51,956 nucleotides of DNA, from the NCBI RefSeq assembly GCF_000181795.1, contig NW_003526948.1:3256621-3308576 (forward strand), written 5' to 3'. The position numbers and the translations under genes were made by a program. The notes beneath the pieces are model-generated. The model saw only the letters and a list, made by a program, of their open reading frames with translations, was not told the origin of the DNA and did no database searches. Positions 36,101 to 50,123 of this stretch are shown here, piece by piece (the first letter of the stretch is position 1; each line of letters opens with the position of its first letter). This DNA is from Trichinella spiralis. Its lineage: Eukaryota.

Positions 36101-39100
36101 AATATGATCAATTTTGAAAGAATTGTAGAAAGACAAGAGCAAACATCACGTTCATTGGTTTGATTTAAAAGTTTATTACCTCAGAAACTTATGATCGTTA
36201 TTTTTATCATTGAAAAAAAATCATTATAGATTATTATTTGTTTAAAAGAAACTTTTGCAGCAGCTTTACAAGAAAAACAACTTATGATAAAGGTCAGTTT
36301 CAATTCGTCGTGCAGAATGGAAAAAAAGATATATATATATATTAAACTTTTTATCTGTGACGACGACAGATCGATGCCAGTCAGCCAGCTAGCTAGCTTG
36401 CTAGTTAGTTGTGCGGCCATCTGCATTAAACGATTTCTTCCGTAACTGAAACTCGAAGAATATTTTGATTTACGCTTTCAAGTTGGTGCTTTCTGGCTGC
36501 TTCACTTGCTTTATTCTTTCACTGCCTTTCCTGTCAATCAATAGTGACTTAACGACGGCCTTGTGCACGAAATTTCATCATGGAACAACGTGATGGCAGC
36601 TTGCATATTTATTCCAATATCTGCATCTTCTTCGTTTCGCTTATTTCCATTCAGGTTTGAGGGAAAATTTTCAAATCTGGAAATTTGATTTTCATCAATT
36701 CAATAATGATCATCAGCTCAAGTATTTCTCAACTGCTTTTTATGAAGCAAGATGCGTTTAATATACAAATTTTCTTTTTTTAGAAGAAATACCTTTTTGA
36801 CAATGAGGAAAGCATCAAAAGTTAAAGTTTAATTTTTTTTTCTTTTTTTTTATCACTTCTTGAAAACTGAACTGAAGTGTGAAGATGATATGTTGTGTTG
36901 AAAATTTTTTATCCATACAAATAAGATGTTTTTTAAGTGAAGAAAAAAACAGCAGATTAAATATGAAATGAACAGCAACAACAGCAATATAATAGTAATA
37001 ATAATAATAATGTGCTATGCGGTGGTGTGGAGTGGTGTTTTATTTCAAGCATCATAATCCTGTCGTAGAAGCTTGAAATTGTAAGTGATAGATGATTATT
37101 GATCCACCATTACAGCAGGGAAAATGCGTGGCTCTGAAAAGAAGAATAGATATATATATTTCTTTTAATTGGTGTGTGTGTGCTATGATCCATCTATATT
37201 TCAGATCGGTTATGCCCTTGATCCATAGATCGTCACATTCTGTCAAACTTGTTGGAAAGGTTATATCCATCAGGCACTGCATCAAAATAAAAAATCCTTT
37301 ATGGCCTTCTTTTTCTCATCTTTCCATTCAACAGCTATACTTTCAGGTAGTGTTTTTTTTGTTCACTCTAACAAGTTTTACATCTCTTTTGAAGCAAGTA
37401 ATTATATTTTCTGTAATTCAGCATTTTCTTTTATGATTCAAGTTACTAAAAAGTACATTAAATGGTGGATATTATTGTTTTTTTTTGGTACTGTGAATTC
37501 TATTGAGTTTTCTTTTTGCTCTATTTGTGTTTTTGATCTTAAATTAAATTATAGCTTGTTATATACATATGCCGTACTTACATTATGTTTATTATAATTT
37601 ATTTGTTCAATTTGTTTGCACGAGGTGATTTTCTAGTGGTGTAAATTTATTGGTATCTGATTTCTAGCACTTGTATCACAGTTTCATATTTGAGCAGGCA
37701 GTTCATTTATATAATTACCTCTTTTACATGATAAATGATAAACTATATCATGTTGTATATTATGAATATAATATAATATAATATTTAATTGAAATGTTAT
37801 TTTATTTTATTTTATTTTAATAATTCAAGTGGGTTTGTTATATAGTTTAATACTTTTTCTGCATTGGGTGGTGAGTAAAGTTTTGCAAAATGAAAAGAGT
37901 AAGTGGAAGAAAATTTATATTACACTTTTGAAATGGTTAAATAAATAAATATCAGTTAAATGGAAATTAAAAGTGACAAGTTTGCACAACAAATACCCAG
38001 AGACCTGCATTGTTCGTGTGATGGATTTCGTGCAAAGCGGTCAATATCCGTTTCAGTTGATTATTTGCAGTTTCAGCAATTTGCACATAGTGCACGGGGT
38101 GATTTGGTGCTTTTGTTGCATTGGTTGCGTGGATTTTTTTTCTTTTTTTTTCACTCCAATTTTTTCCGCACAATTTTCACAAAATAATTGTCTGAAAAAC
38201 AAGGGGAAAAGCATGCTTGTAGGGCTTTTAATTGGACTAATTTCAATTGTAAATTTGTCGACCATCACCGATTATTTTCTGCCCGCATGCTTTTGATAAT
38301 AATTTCAATTTTCACGTATTATTTGGAAGCAAGGAAAATTTACCTTTTTTTTCTGTATTCGTTTTTTCAAATAATAATAATAATAATTAGGGAAAATATT
38401 GTATTTGATTGTTGCAGTGTTGCAATGATGATTAATTATTTTCAGCAAACTGAAAATTAAAAATCAATCAATTTAACGAATGAATTGACAGAGAGTTATG
38501 TGCATGTGTGAAAATGTTGGAAAAAGAGAAAAATAATTTTATGTTTTTTTTATTGTGCTTATTAATGAATATTTTTTGTTCAGCAAGAGCTAGCTGTTTA
38601 TTTGTTGTGGAAGATTTGCAAGAAGGTGAAGTGAAAATTGCAATGGTTGCACAATGCGTTCCAATTGTGCATATATATCAGTTTCGTTGCCCTAATATGT
38701 ATCTGCTAAGTGTTGAATGCAGGCGCTTGATTCGTCGCCAAAAAGCGGACAATTGGTGTGTATCTTTTAACATTCTTCCACGTCCCAGGCGATTCGACCG
38801 ACTAATCAATCATGGACGGTTGGTCGTTTAAGCGGCCGCCAGCAGCACAATTGCTTTGCTTCAATTAACCCGACGACTTTGTAACGGTTGCAATGTGATC
38901 ATCTTTCTTTAAACTTGCCCACAAATCAAGCCATCTTTAATTGGCATTTCATGAAACCAATGAAGTGACCCAAAGTGTATCCACTCCCTGTGGCGTTGAA
39001 TGCGCACGACATTTACCCACACAAGTAGTAAGTACATTGCAATTTTGTGGAAATCAAGTGGAGAAACTTCTTCAAGCTACCTTTTGAAGTAAGAAACAAA

Positions 39101-42089
39101 AAGCATCGTAAGACCGAGAAAAACGTATGTATTATATTTATATCTTTGTTAATTATTACATTAGCAAATGATATTATTTAATTCAGTTTAATGTTTTTCG
39201 TATTCATTTAAATTTTTTTAAAAATATTTACCAATTTTTAATAATTTGAATATAATTTCATAATATGAAGATTTTTTAATATTAGCAAATAATGATAATT
39301 TCTGTAAGGAAGAATAAGAGAATTAATTTAAACGTTTCAAATAATATATTTTCTTCTAATTCACTGTTTGAATTATTAATATGCACAACATTTAAATGTG
39401 CAAAAGTAAATTTTAATAATATGGCCAAATCTGTGTACTTTTGTTTTGAACATTGCACGCACACACACATTTTCATGCGCATACCTTATTTTTAATACCT
39501 GCTAATTAGAAGCCTACTTTGAAATGTAAAATCTGTTTCACTGTGTAAATTAGTTGCAGAATTATAAGCATTTCTGAAAGTTGCACTGCGCGTAGCAGCA
39601 TTTGCAATTAAATGATCAATAAATGTTGATATTCTTTAATCAACCAGTTGTTAAATGTGTAGAAATACTGATTTTGGTATTATTTGTACGTTTTTCAAAA
39701 CGATAATGTTTTAACATTTTCTTGTTTTTTTTAAATATATATATATACCAAAAAATGAATATTAGTTATGCATTTGTTTGTCAATTGATAAAAAGATGTA
39801 ATTAAATTTTGTAAAATAATCTTATGAAGTTGGAAGAAGAAATTGTAAAATTGTATGAATAATATGTATAAGAGAATAAATACAATTTGATCATTAATTT
39901 TCCAAGTGTATTGTATGTTATGATGCATAGGAATGGGTTGGATTGATTTTGAATATTTGAAATTGGAAATTGTATATATTTTTGTGTGATAAGTGATAAA
40001 AAGCAGGATGCTTTTATGTTCGAGGAAGTTACTAGTAGAAATGATAGGGGTTGGTGTGAGTTGATGCTTGTTGTTGTCGTTGAGCACAACGGTTGGTCAG
40101 AAACGGTGAGTGGGCAAGTTGAGAGGAGAGCTTTACGATGATGGTGCGTCATGTGAAGATGAATTGCCCGATCAGAGCAGGGCGCGCGCGTTTTTCAATT
40201 CACTTAATAAAGTCGTTGTTTGCGGTGATGGACACGGATATGGGCGGTGGTTTGTGTAGTCAACCGTCGGGGCGGCCTTCTGTTCGCCATTCAGAAGCTA
40301 ATCTTTAAATTAGCAGTCGTGTTTACAAGCGTCCTGTGAGGGGTGTTCAATCGATTGGAACGTCGCTATTCAGATTGACCAATTCTGTTGATTGCTTCAG
40401 AAAAGACCTCGGCGAGCACAAGTGGGGCCGGCCGAGTATAGCTTATAGCTTGGCGAGCTTGGAAGACCTTTGCCGGGCGGTGGCCGGGATCAATTGTACT
40501 CGACTGAGAGAACTAAGAAAATCGGTGAACAACAACAACACATCTGAACGGGATGCAGATGGAATCGATCATTTTTCCCTCTCAGATCGTTTCCGGCTCA
40601 ACTTATATGGATCGTTTTGAAATTATGGTGGCAATTTAGAAATTTTTTTTCTTTTTTTCTTTCTTTCTTTCTTTCTTCCTTTATTTCTTCTCCACTATGC
40701 TTGCTAATGTATATATGTGTGTGTGTGTGTGTGTGGCTAGCAAGCGCGAACTGAAAAACGATTTAATTTCTTCTTTCAAGCACCTCGCAATGTCGTGAAA
40801 GCTGCTGTCCCATTTGATTGTGTCCACTTTGCAATCTTTGCGCGAAATGTTCTGAACAGCGTTGTTGTTCGTGAAAATTAACCTCATAAAATAGCTCTCC
40901 TATATATACATATGATTATGACAGTCATATTTTATTGTTCTTCAATTGATCAGGCTGCTGCGGATAATGATGCGATAATCTGTTTATATGCGTAGTTTCA
41001 AGTTTGCAGTTGCTTTTAGGTGGTCGCTGAGGAATTCTTTTTACGGCTGAAACGCTTTTCATACTTTATATATTTGATTCCCAAATGTGCTCGGTCTGTG
41101 TTCCAAGTCCAATGCAGAGGCTGAAGAACGGCAGCAATTCTCTTGCACTTTTCATTGCTCTCTTTTATCCCCATGACAATTTCCATTTACCGATACCAAA
41201 TGCAAAAAGGTGATTATTTTTCTAAGTGAAAAGTACATGTACATTTAAATCATCCATTTCTGAAATCATTATCATGCACAAGAATGCACTAATGTTTTAA
41301 AGTGGTTTTCTTCTTTTTTCTACGTTCAGTAATAGAATTACCATTTTAATTATTATTAATTTTTAAAAAAATACACCTGCAAATTAGATTTTTAATTGTA
41401 ATTTTTATTTTGTTTTTTTTGTGTGCATACTTTATTTTTTTGATTAACATTTGATATTATGACAATAAGTGATATGGACAGCTGCTGCGAGTGAAGTGAA
41501 ACTTCATCTAATGATCTGTTGCAGCTTATCTAACAGAAAAGTACAAAAGAAGATTACCAAATTAGACGTTAAACTAACAATAATCACTGGTAATGTAAAT
41601 TATTTAACAAGCAAATTTTCCAAATTAAACAGTTTTTTTTGCTAACAAACATACTTTTATCCGTTTTGTGTTTATGCACAAGTAAGAGTTTTATTTGGTA
41701 AGTAAAAAAAGTGCAATTTTTTGTTCTCGCTCGTTTTTTTCAACACTAATATTTATTTTATTTATCGACACTTGTACATATTTTTTTCTTTTTTTTCAGT
41801 ATTACATAATTTTATTTTTAAAAAATTTTGACTGTTTTTTAAATTTAGCAAAAAAAATGAAGCATATAAATTATTGTTTTGTATGAGTATTATTCGTAGT
41901 AAAAGTTTGTTCATATTGCTGAGAAACGTTTAAGCTTAAAACAAAGTTTCATCAATCATATGTAGTTATCTTTTTACGATAGCATGTTCAAACTGTTTGC
42001 TTAATAGTGTTATTATCTGAGGATAACTTGTGTACTTTTTAAATTATCTAAATATGGTTAAAGTGGAAAAGTAGGGAAGGACAGTTTGA

Positions 42090-42116
42090 ATGTGCGTGTG
42101 TGTGTGTGTGTGTGTA
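42090..42116. repeat. (TG)n microsatellite
   Basis: Read directly. A similar run occurs at about 40716-40735. Confidence 0.9.
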
Positions 42117-43023
42117 TAAGTGCTTATGCGTTGACGTGTGAATTTCATCATTGAAGTGTTAGTCACATGACGGCAGAGACTATCAGCTTTGTACCATCAC
42201 TAATGCGCACAGAGAAAAACGTTTGCTTAAACCATTGAAACATTTAAAGCTATCGGTAATTCTGTTGTCGGCAAATTTGATCGCCCAACGGTCGTCTGTT
42301 TACACATGCTGATTTGTTTAGCTTATAATCAAACTACTCGAGAGAACCACACTATTCTTATTATTGCTTTTATATTGTTGAGATGAAGATGCTATTAAGG
42401 TTGCATTTATCGACATTTCCGTTACGAATGTCACGAAGCTACAAGCGAACATCGCAGTAATGTGTTGTAACAAGCGATAATGCCTATTAAAGAATGAAAA
42501 TATTGGAAAAATCTGAACTTGTTCTACGTTGATCTATGGTTCGAGGGTGGTTTAAGAGTTTTGTTCCTCTTCTCTACACGGCCAACTACGAAAAATACCA
42601 ATGTATCGATTGTTAATGAACAACGCCGTGTTATCTGACTTGTTTGTCCTGCTTGCGTCACCATTTTCTGCATGCATGTATGTTCCACTGTCATTGATGT
42701 GTTTATCTATCTATTGGAGTCTTTATTGTTGGCATCTTCTTTTTCGAATTGTTTGTACGCTTTTGCATGCCAGATCAGAACGGACGATCGATCGATTTGT
42801 GTTCTCAAGTTGTGCGCTATTTTACCTTGTTATATATGGATCAGAGAGAGAGTTGTGTTCGAAGCTTGGTTTGGAACTTTTTTTTTGACACGGAAGATTG
42901 TGCGCTAAATTTTGAAGAGAGCCAGCCTACTATTATTACTAGTAGCTCAAGCTGGCGTTGCTAAATTATTGATTTTCTTCAATGCAGTCAGAGTTGCAGA
43001 ACACCTTCATGAAAAGCGGCGCA

Positions 43024-43074
43024 GAGAGAGAATGAGAGAGAGTTGGTTGGTTGGTTGGTTAGTCGGTCGGTCGG
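43024..43074. repeat. Compound (GA)n-(TTGG)n-(TCGG)n low-complexity tract
   Basis: gagagagaatgagagagagttggttggttggttggttagtcggtcggtcgg read directly. Confidence 0.85.
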
Positions 43075-46000
43075 CTTGGAGCAAGAATCAATCAGCTCTC
43101 GGCGTTAGTTGTCGATAATAATCGCGCTTCGTCCTCGTCATTGTTAGTTCAAACAGATAACCGTTTGTTCGCCACTTTCACTTCGTTTCGTCTTTTTAAA
43201 ATTACTATAGCTGTGCATCGACCCTTCCGCGACCGTTTTGATTTAAACTTGGGACTATTTATTGTTCATGAGCTCTCCAATTCACTCTTCCATAAAGCTT
43301 CATCCTCTTGCTGCATTTCCCTATACAACTATTTGTGTTACTCATCTCGGCGTTGTTGTTGTTGTTGTCTCAGGAGTTTGGATATATACAATTTTCCATT
43401 ACTTAATACATACATACATAGATACATCTTTTCCCCTTGATGACACTTGTCTTGTCTTGGATCACAAGAACTGATGAAAACTTTGATGATATTTAGCTGT
43501 TCATTATACGTTGTGTGTTTTATTTGAATCTTTTCACACGCACGCGCAGCATTTGTTAATCTCTTTCAATCACAACTTTTCACCTTCCTCCTCTATGTGC
43601 AGTATTTGCTAATAAGTGGAAAAAATTAATTAGATCCAAGGTATTTATTTGCTTTACACACATATATATCGCTTTCAGCAAATCTTGTGCAATTAATCCC
43701 AATTTATATTATCTACTACATGTTAGGCAATTAATTGAGGTTAATTTTTCTTTATTTTTTTTTGACTTTATGAACAATTTTATAGATAATGCAACGATGA
43801 ATCTTCTAATGTTCAAATGGAAAATTTGATGGAATCTGCTCGACTGGGTAATTTTGTAATAAAATTACTGTTACTTTTGTTCTTTTTTTAAATTTTAGCC
43901 AATGGTTTTGTTCATTTTCAAAAAAAGATTTGTTTTGAATGGTATGATTGAACTTTTCTGTTTTTCCCTTTTAAAGTATACCTTGTTTTAGGTAGAGTTG
44001 TGCGGTTGATTATTATTACATTGTAATAATTGTAAATGGAATGGATTTTCATCGTTTGGTAATTGTAGTTTTATATGCATGTTTTGTTTTGTTTTTTTTT
44101 CAAATCAAATGTGCAACTTTATTCAATCAGTTGACAACTGTACAGCGGTAATGATAAATGGGATGTGAAAATTTTTTGCTTTCTTTAAATGTGCTATTTT
44201 TTGTTACCGAATGATGCTTGATGAAATTGATGATGTCACGTCGTAATACAGGAAGGAGAGGAAAAGGTTTTGCCTGAAAAATTAGCATCTTTTCCAAATG
44301 TACAGTAGTGGTGATGATAATTTGAATGATGAATGAATGAATGAATGCATGTCACGTTCTGCTTGCAAATTTGATGAACAGTCAACATTTTATTCTGTTA
44401 GTTGCCAATGCTGAGTAGTACAAGCTCGTTGAAGAATTATTTTGCGTGATGAATATGTAAATGTTTTTCATTTCAGTTGACAGCTTTACGAATTCTTATT
44501 TATTGTAATCCATTTGCAGCTGTGCTGTGTTTGACACTACCGTTGAAAGGGATCGTCAGATTTGGGTAGGTGGAAGAAGAGAGTTGACATATCCGCGGTT
44601 CAAATGTTTTACAGTGAGTGGAGAAAAAAAGAAATGGAAGAAATTTCTCAATTGATTTGATTGTTAAAATAATCTACATGTTTTCATCATCATCATCACG
44701 AACTCTGCGTGGATTTTATTATATCAAGGTTACGGGGGATGTGGATCATCATCTTGTCGTCAGGGAAGGGATGGTTCATGGTTGTCGAGCTTTCACAGGG
44801 GCTTCGTGTTGTACTGCTGCCGGATCCGGCTGACTGGGCAGTGACAGCTTTTGCGAAAGAATTCGAGATGCGGTTGGTGAGAAGAGTAATTGAGCAAATA
44901 TTTGCCTTCACCGGGAGTGAGTTGGAGCAGTGCGGCAGCGTTTTCAGCGATGTCCATTTTCAAAGTCAACAGACCCCATTCATTCGCCTTCTCCACTTGC
45001 AAAGCGGCTTGTGTCATTGTCGCGTTGACGCGGACGTATTGTTTGTCCCGCTCGGCTTGTGAATAGGAAGTGCTCTTGCTTGTTGCACAACCAATTAAAA
45101 CCTTCACCTTCTCTCGTTTCAAAGATTCTTGTTGCTTTGCAAATTTGTCTCTGCTTTCAAGTTCAAGCATATGGAAAGAAAGAAAAATGGGCAGCGTCGT
45201 TTTATTGCGACACATTTTCAAACAGAACTCCATTCCATAGATATTATATCACTGACGAAAATGTTCTTCCCATTCAAGGCTACTTTTCCAACGTTACATG
45301 CAGGCTGTTGTTATTAATTAATATTCAGTTTAATTCTGTTTGCAATTATTAAACAATTTGTATCATGTGGCAACGGTGGCGACTGGATTCAACTTTGGTA
45401 GATTGTTCAAGCTGGAATTTTTCTTCAAGCTTCGGAAAGTGGAAGAAAAAGCCAGTTGTCTCAATCACGCAGCTACGGCCGGGACAAACTTCAAAAGTTG
45501 CTAAGTTTTTTTTTTTAATTAACATTATCTCTTATCATAATTGAGTTTTAAGGATATTTTTCTTGTGATGCAAAAATCACACTTTGATGTGAAGGTGCGC
45601 AGCATGAAAAATGGTTGAGGGGTAGTTTTTTGTTTTTTTTTTGTTCGTTCATTAATATTTGCTTGAATTAATCAGTTCCATTTATTATTATAAAATTCCT
45701 ACGAGTAGCACATTTTTTACTTTCTTAAGTGTTATTGTCGCTTCTTCTTGCAAAAAAAATTTCAGAAATTTCTTCAAAATATTCTTCTTTTCCGTTGTTC
45801 TTTGTTTTTTTTTCCTAAAATTTAATTCCAAAATTAGTCAGTGGATTTTTTATTTCACTTTTTCACAATCACCTTCAATCATTTGTTATACTTTTTGTTT
45901 GTTCATGTCTAGACAATCAGTTTCTCTGTTGTATGCTCAGGTAAGTAAACAAAACTGACAAAATTTAAGCCCAGCATTATATACAACAAAGTGTGATGGT

Positions 46001-46134
46001 TAGGTTTTACAGATCAGTTTTCAGGAGGTGTTCTCTACGTTGTCAATGTTCATGCAGCGGCACAGCATGCTCTCTCTGTTTGATCACACTTGGGGTTTGA
46101 TGAATTTTTGCCTAGTTTTTCAAATTTTTGAAAA

Positions 46135-46183
46135 NNNNNNNNNNNNNNNNNNNNNNNNNNNNNNNNNNNNNNNNNNNNNNNNN
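46135..46183. other. Assembly gap (N run)
   Basis: Run of N. Confidence 0.98.
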
Positions 46184-46994
46184 GATTTACGCATCTTCAA
46201 TGGAAAAGAGGTGAAATACTTAAATATACATGCATTCATAGCAAAACATCAGGAAAACAAGTTTCAGTATAAAATTTTCACCTGAGTGTAGCATCTTCCG
46301 CTTGCACCTTGGTTACGCAGCGCAACCGTTTATCAAACAGCTCCGTAATGAAATAATAACTATGCATTCCTCTCTTTGTGTATTACTTAGTAACCTTCTT
46401 ATCATTAATTTGGCAATTTAAATAATGTATCTTACTGTACTTCAATTATTAATTATCTTTCCGTGATTTTATTTTTGAAATGTAATTTAACTTCATATTA
46501 TAAAAGATCCTTTTACTCTTTCTCTTTCCATCTGCTTTATTTCCTTTTTATGCTTTGTATTATGTGCTCATGTAAAATAAAACTGTCTCCTGGATTTACG
46601 CCATTTATGTAAAATGAGACTTGCATTTATTTCACAGACAACATTGAAGCTGTGCTGCAGTCAAGCCGGCTATCATCAGTTAGATTAATACTTGCAGATT
46701 TTCATATACACTTAATTTATTGCTTTTTGATTCAGGCCTGAATTCCAGATATATTATAATGTCGTTAGTGATTGTTGCCATTTGCACTTGTTTGCGCACA
46801 ACGAGACGTCCAATGATTTTCTGCAAGCTTCACATTCCCGCGTCAACCCAACAAAAAGGCCAACCTGATTATCATATTCAATTTTCCAGTGGCCGCTTCA
46901 AATACACTTCCTTTAAACGGCTTCTTTATTTTGCACCTATTTTCGCAAAAATTCTGCCTACTTTCTCATACGTCCCTCATTTCCGAGTCCCAGG

Positions 46995-47370
46995 TGTGAA
47001 TGGCTGTCACTATGACGAGTTTTATTCGTTCAGCTTGGATGTCTGATTTTTATATATATTGCACATACACACTAAAAACCTCTTCTCCACCTTCCTCTCT
47101 TCGAACATCCATTTCAGCTGCCAACTCCATCACCTACACGCCATCCCTACAATCTCCTCCCTCCTTGCCTCAGTCAGTCGATTTTTTATAAAATTGCTGC
47201 AGGAAATGTTGCTCTCAGCTGCTTCTTTGATTTCCTGATTCTTGCGTAACTGACACTTTCATAAAAATCTGAATGTGCTTGAAATGCTACGATCAGTAGT
47301 ATGTACTGATGTTGAGGATCCCGTAGGATAGAATGTGTTTCTTGTGAAATCTTGTGCGGTCGAACCACAC
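46995..47370 (-). mobile_element. Possible degenerate 3' end of an LTR retrotransposon (polypurine tract plus short LTR)
   Basis: On the minus strand: purine tract AAGGAGGGAGGAGA (47166-47153), then TGTAGGG at 47151, a TATA-like TATATATAAAAA at about 47058-47047, AATAAA 47026-47021, and ...TTCACA ending about 46995. No second LTR or RT/integrase motif was seen. Confidence 0.35.
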
Positions 47371-49374
47371 TTTATCAGCAGAAAATTAATTACAGAGTAG
47401 AAATGAAGCTGAAAGTCCATATTTACAATTTTGTAAAAACAAATTATATTCCTTCATTTAATATAAAACATACAGTGGCGTTTAATTTATAAAGATGGGC
47501 GGATGTAGTATACAAAAGATTTATCATGTACATGTATTATTATACATGACAGTCTGACGAAGAAGAAAATAGTACCGTTTTTTCATTAAAAATAATTGGT
47601 ATCTCAATCATGCGATAGAATAGCTTTTAAAGTAATAATTTTAATTGTATTTCGAAAGAACGGCAAGTTTTGATTCCGTTTGAAAAAAAAAACTTTTCTA
47701 TTACCAGATCAATATCAATGGAAAAGTCAGAGTGAATGTACACATTACGGCAAATCCGTTCAGCCGCTCTTCTGTCATGGTAGTCCAGAAATAGCTTTTA
47801 AGATATTTCACTGCAGTAAAGCTTCGTTTTGCGCTGACTGAGGCGATTAGGTGAATTGTGAAAATCTGCACGAGTTAGGACACGATCGGGTAATAATCGT
47901 TGTTGTTGAATTTTAATGCATAAACAAATCAAATGCCCAAAGTGCTATGTTCGCTGAAAATCACGTATGCTAGATGCCTTTCGAGGAAGTTACAGATTGC
48001 CAACTTTACTACATATTAAGATAAGCACAATGCGCTTACTTTAAAGGCAATTTATAACGAAATTATTGTGCAGAATGCGCTGAAACTATCCATAACGATG
48101 TTATTCATTACTGCCAACATCTGCCAATCACAACAAGTTGAAATTTCTATAAAATATTTGACTATTTTAATGAATATATATAAATGCGATATAAGAAGGA
48201 AAAGAAGAGAAATAAAACTTAGAGAGCAAATAAGTATGCAAGAAAAATGATTTTGTGTAGATTTATCGCAAATGTTTAAATAATCGAGCAAACAGAAGTA
48301 TCTTCTTCAAATAAAATTTGCTACTGACTTTTCTTTATTGCTTACAGCATCCTGAAATTTACTACGCAGTTTCTGGAGAAATTCTCCAAAACACTATCTT
48401 TTATTAATATAAGAATATAACGAACAAAAAAGCACAAATTTTGAAAAAAAAATTTCGCTCATTTTTGCTAAAACAACCAAGCGTATATATACACCATGAA
48501 ATTTTGCAATTTTCGAGAAATCCAGAAAAAAGTGGGAAGCATACCCATGTATGAAGAGAAGCAGTATTCCAAATTGAGAGGCCATTCATTCCACAACAAC
48601 TGTGTAAAGTGGATTGAAGCTCTAGAAAACACTCAATTTTATCAATATGAAACTAAAGAAATCAAAAGAATTCCAAATTTTGAAAAGAAATTTTTCGCCG
48701 ATTTTCGCAACAACAGCCAAGTCTATAGGCAATGAAATTTTGCTATTTTTGAGAAAAATTATTTTCTCCAAAAATTAATGCAATTGATTTATATCAATAG
48801 AGAATTATTTGCTAACTGTAATAAAATTATACCGACATCTCCGGATTGGATGTTTGTTGCGATATATCAAAAAAGTAAAACCGAAATAAGATTTTAACGA
48901 AGTCGAAATAAAAAGGAATGAAAATTAAAAGTATAATAAATGTAAACAATGAATGATGTCATTAATTTTTACAACATAACTATCAACACTTTCCTCCCAA
49001 AAAATGAATTGATGTTAATAAGAATTATTCCTGATTTTCCTTAAAGCAACAGGAACTTTCAAAATTAGAAACCTTTGTTCTCTGAATTGTTTTGTCTTAT
49101 TGCAATTCAGAGATAAGAATTATCCAAAATTATCACATTAGAAAGCTATTTACCGACAATATGCCAGTATTTTCATTCTATAAATTTCAAATGCTAAAAC
49201 CGGCAACTTTATCAAATTTCTCAAAAATCATCCATTTCAGGTTATTAAAAATTTACATACCTTTAATTTGCACAGAATTGGTTGTTGTAATCACAAAATT
49301 ATTTTACAATACGCCGCAGTTTTTGACAAGCGTGGAATAAGTTCCATTGTACATACAGTTGGATTCCTCTAGAG

Positions 49375-50123
49375 CAGTGGTTCTCAAACCTTTCTGGACT
49401 GCGACCCAGTTTCGAAAACGGTAATTTTTCGCGTCCCACCTGCTTGCAATGCATATTTTAAAAGACAAGAGGGGTTAAATTAAAAAAATATTAGTTTAAT
49501 ACTTGAAATTTTTTAATGAACAAGCCTAATTAAAATCTATAAGTTTATTTGTCAAATGCATAATGAGGTGTATGCGAACAGTGGGCTTGTTTTCTGTTTT
49601 GAGTGATCACTTCTTCGACGTCCGCACTAAAACGTTCTGGTTGTAGTCGCAAGATGTTGGATAATTGCAGCTTACTTCGAAATTTGCTTTTAATTTTATT
49701 CATTGCTGAAAATCCAATTTTGCACAAGTAGAAAGTAGTAAAAGGATGCAGCACTTTTAATGCAGCGGTGGAAGGAGTTGGATACGTGTTTAAAATTGAT
49801 AGCCAAAACTGTGTCAATGTTTTACGATCAAAACTGACTTTAAACGAAGAATCTTCAGACAAATCGATTAATTCTTCATCTCCTTTTGTGGATATGCCGG
49901 TACAGACAACATCTGCGTGCTGTGAGAAGCTGGACAGAAATAATGATTCTCAAATCATTGTTACTTACAACTTACTTCTTCTCCCAACAATATTCGATGA
50001 GTAAAACTCTCTTAACAAAAATAGAGACTACTCCTATACTTTAAAATTTTACGCGACCCACCCAATAACTGCTCACGACCAACTGGACCACAACATACCG
50101 CGACCCTCACTTTAAGAACCCTG
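49375..50123 (-). mobile_element. Internally deleted hAT DNA transposon of Buster/Charlie type, 749 bp, non-autonomous
   Basis: Imperfect TIRs CAGTGGTTCTCAAA (from 49375) and TTTAAGAACCCTG (to 50123). Identical 8-bp TSD CTCTAGAG at 49367-49374 and 50124-50131, with the central TA typical of Buster targets. Subterminal GCGACCC-type repeats occur at both ends, and a transposase remnant lies inside. Confidence 0.9.
49545..49890 (-). pseudogene. hAT (Buster/ZBED5-like) transposase C-terminal dimerisation-domain remnant
   Basis: LTQFWLSILNTYPTPSTAALKVLHPFTTFYLCKIGFSAMNKIKSKFRSKL...LRL...QAHCSH fits the FW..YP..A...L.PF.TTYLCE.GFS....K.K.R..L and Q.H.SH pattern of Buster transposases. No upstream catalytic region is present. 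Confidence 0.85.

Larger units (their letters stand above)
45906..49300 (+). pseudogene. Possible decayed or fragmented multi-exon gene of unknown family
   Basis: A series of short AG..GT-bounded exon-like pieces with intron-sized spacers (for example introns 45941-46012 and 46211-46267). A coding-like tract at 48349-48729 is broken by stops or frame changes. No recognisable domain. Confidence 0.3.

Noticed and set aside
38794..38826. Hairpin containing the miR-184 seed TGGACGG
   Set aside because: Short stem, and no similarity to miR-184 beyond the seed.
44793..45233. 146-aa minus-strand ORF
   Set aside because: No homology recognised, and the length is explicable by a local GC-richer island.
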